The notes below the pieces were generated by a model. That model searched no databases. It worked only from the letters and a program-made list of their open reading frames with translations, and had not been told where the DNA came from. Made by a program: the position numbers and the translations under genes. Positions 64,000 through 64,000 of a stretch of 64,000 nt of DNA are shown one piece after another; within the stretch, counting starts at the first letter, position 1; each line of letters begins with the position of its first letter. This DNA comes from Phycisphaerae bacterium (GTDB taxonomy: Bacteria; Planctomycetota; Phycisphaerae; UBA1845): assembly GCA_022072505.1 (NCBI GenBank), contig JAJVHU010000010.1, forward strand, positions 174,170 to 238,169, given 5' to 3'.

Positions 64000-64000
64000 C

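Overview
High-GC bacterial chromosomal window with about 50 protein-coding genes. I found no rRNA, tRNA, CRISPR array, transposase or integrase. The gene content suggests a Planctomycetota-like organism, but this is inference only. The supporting content is Tat-signal Gfo/Idh/MocA and xylose-isomerase-like TIM-barrel proteins, a MoxR/DUF58/BatA-type vWA operon, prenyltransferase-repeat proteins and C-terminal 'CPECG' zinc-ribbon membrane proteins.

Layout:
- 1-5.5 kb: a four-gene two-component phosphorelay followed by a double-FHA protein.
- 5.5-6.4 kb: a split peroxiredoxin.
- 6.4-10.4 kb: Usp, then a MarR / KamA-type radical-SAM aminomutase / aminotransferase operon.
- 10.5-14 kb: two small proteins and a globin-coupled kinase / NtrC pair.
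- 14.5-32 kb: housekeeping and accessory genes (RDD protein, PssA, PIG-L, oxidoreductase, PQQ propeller, HMG-CoA lyase, AddA-like helicase-nuclease, PutA-like protein, secreted metalloprotease).
- 32.1-32.8 kb: a repeat-rich 620-bp intergenic region.
- 32.8-41.6 kb: small DMT protein, TerC, ECF sigma/anti-sigma with a propeller protein, GH38-like protein, TrpF, lipoprotein, TlyA-like methyltransferase.
- 41.8-44.3 kb: an ACT-domain gene followed by three Cys-rich membrane proteins.
- 44.3-48.6 kb: TIM-barrel isomerase, DUF433/DUF5615 toxin-antitoxin pair, deoxyhypusine-synthase-like gene, thiS and thiG.
- 48.6-64 kb: an 11-gene minus-strand block ending in a Bat-like vWA/DUF4175 operon.

Most interesting observations:
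1. An in-frame TGA sits exactly at the catalytic-Cys position of a membrane-anchored AhpC/TSA peroxiredoxin, with a SECIS-like hairpin downstream. This is a probable unannotated selenoprotein.
2. Two tandem paralogous zinc-ribbon membrane proteins share a perfectly identical 158-bp tract. A third 'CPECG' membrane protein is start/stop-coupled to them. This is an uncharacterised module.
3. A translationally coupled DUF58 / BatA-vWA / vWA / DUF4175 / unknown / prenyltransferase-repeat / NPCBM operon of unknown function.
4. A MarR-controlled KamA-like aminomutase plus aminotransferase pair.

All calls rest on reading motifs in the supplied translations and DNA. No database search was possible. 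Start codons are approximate in this high-GC sequence.
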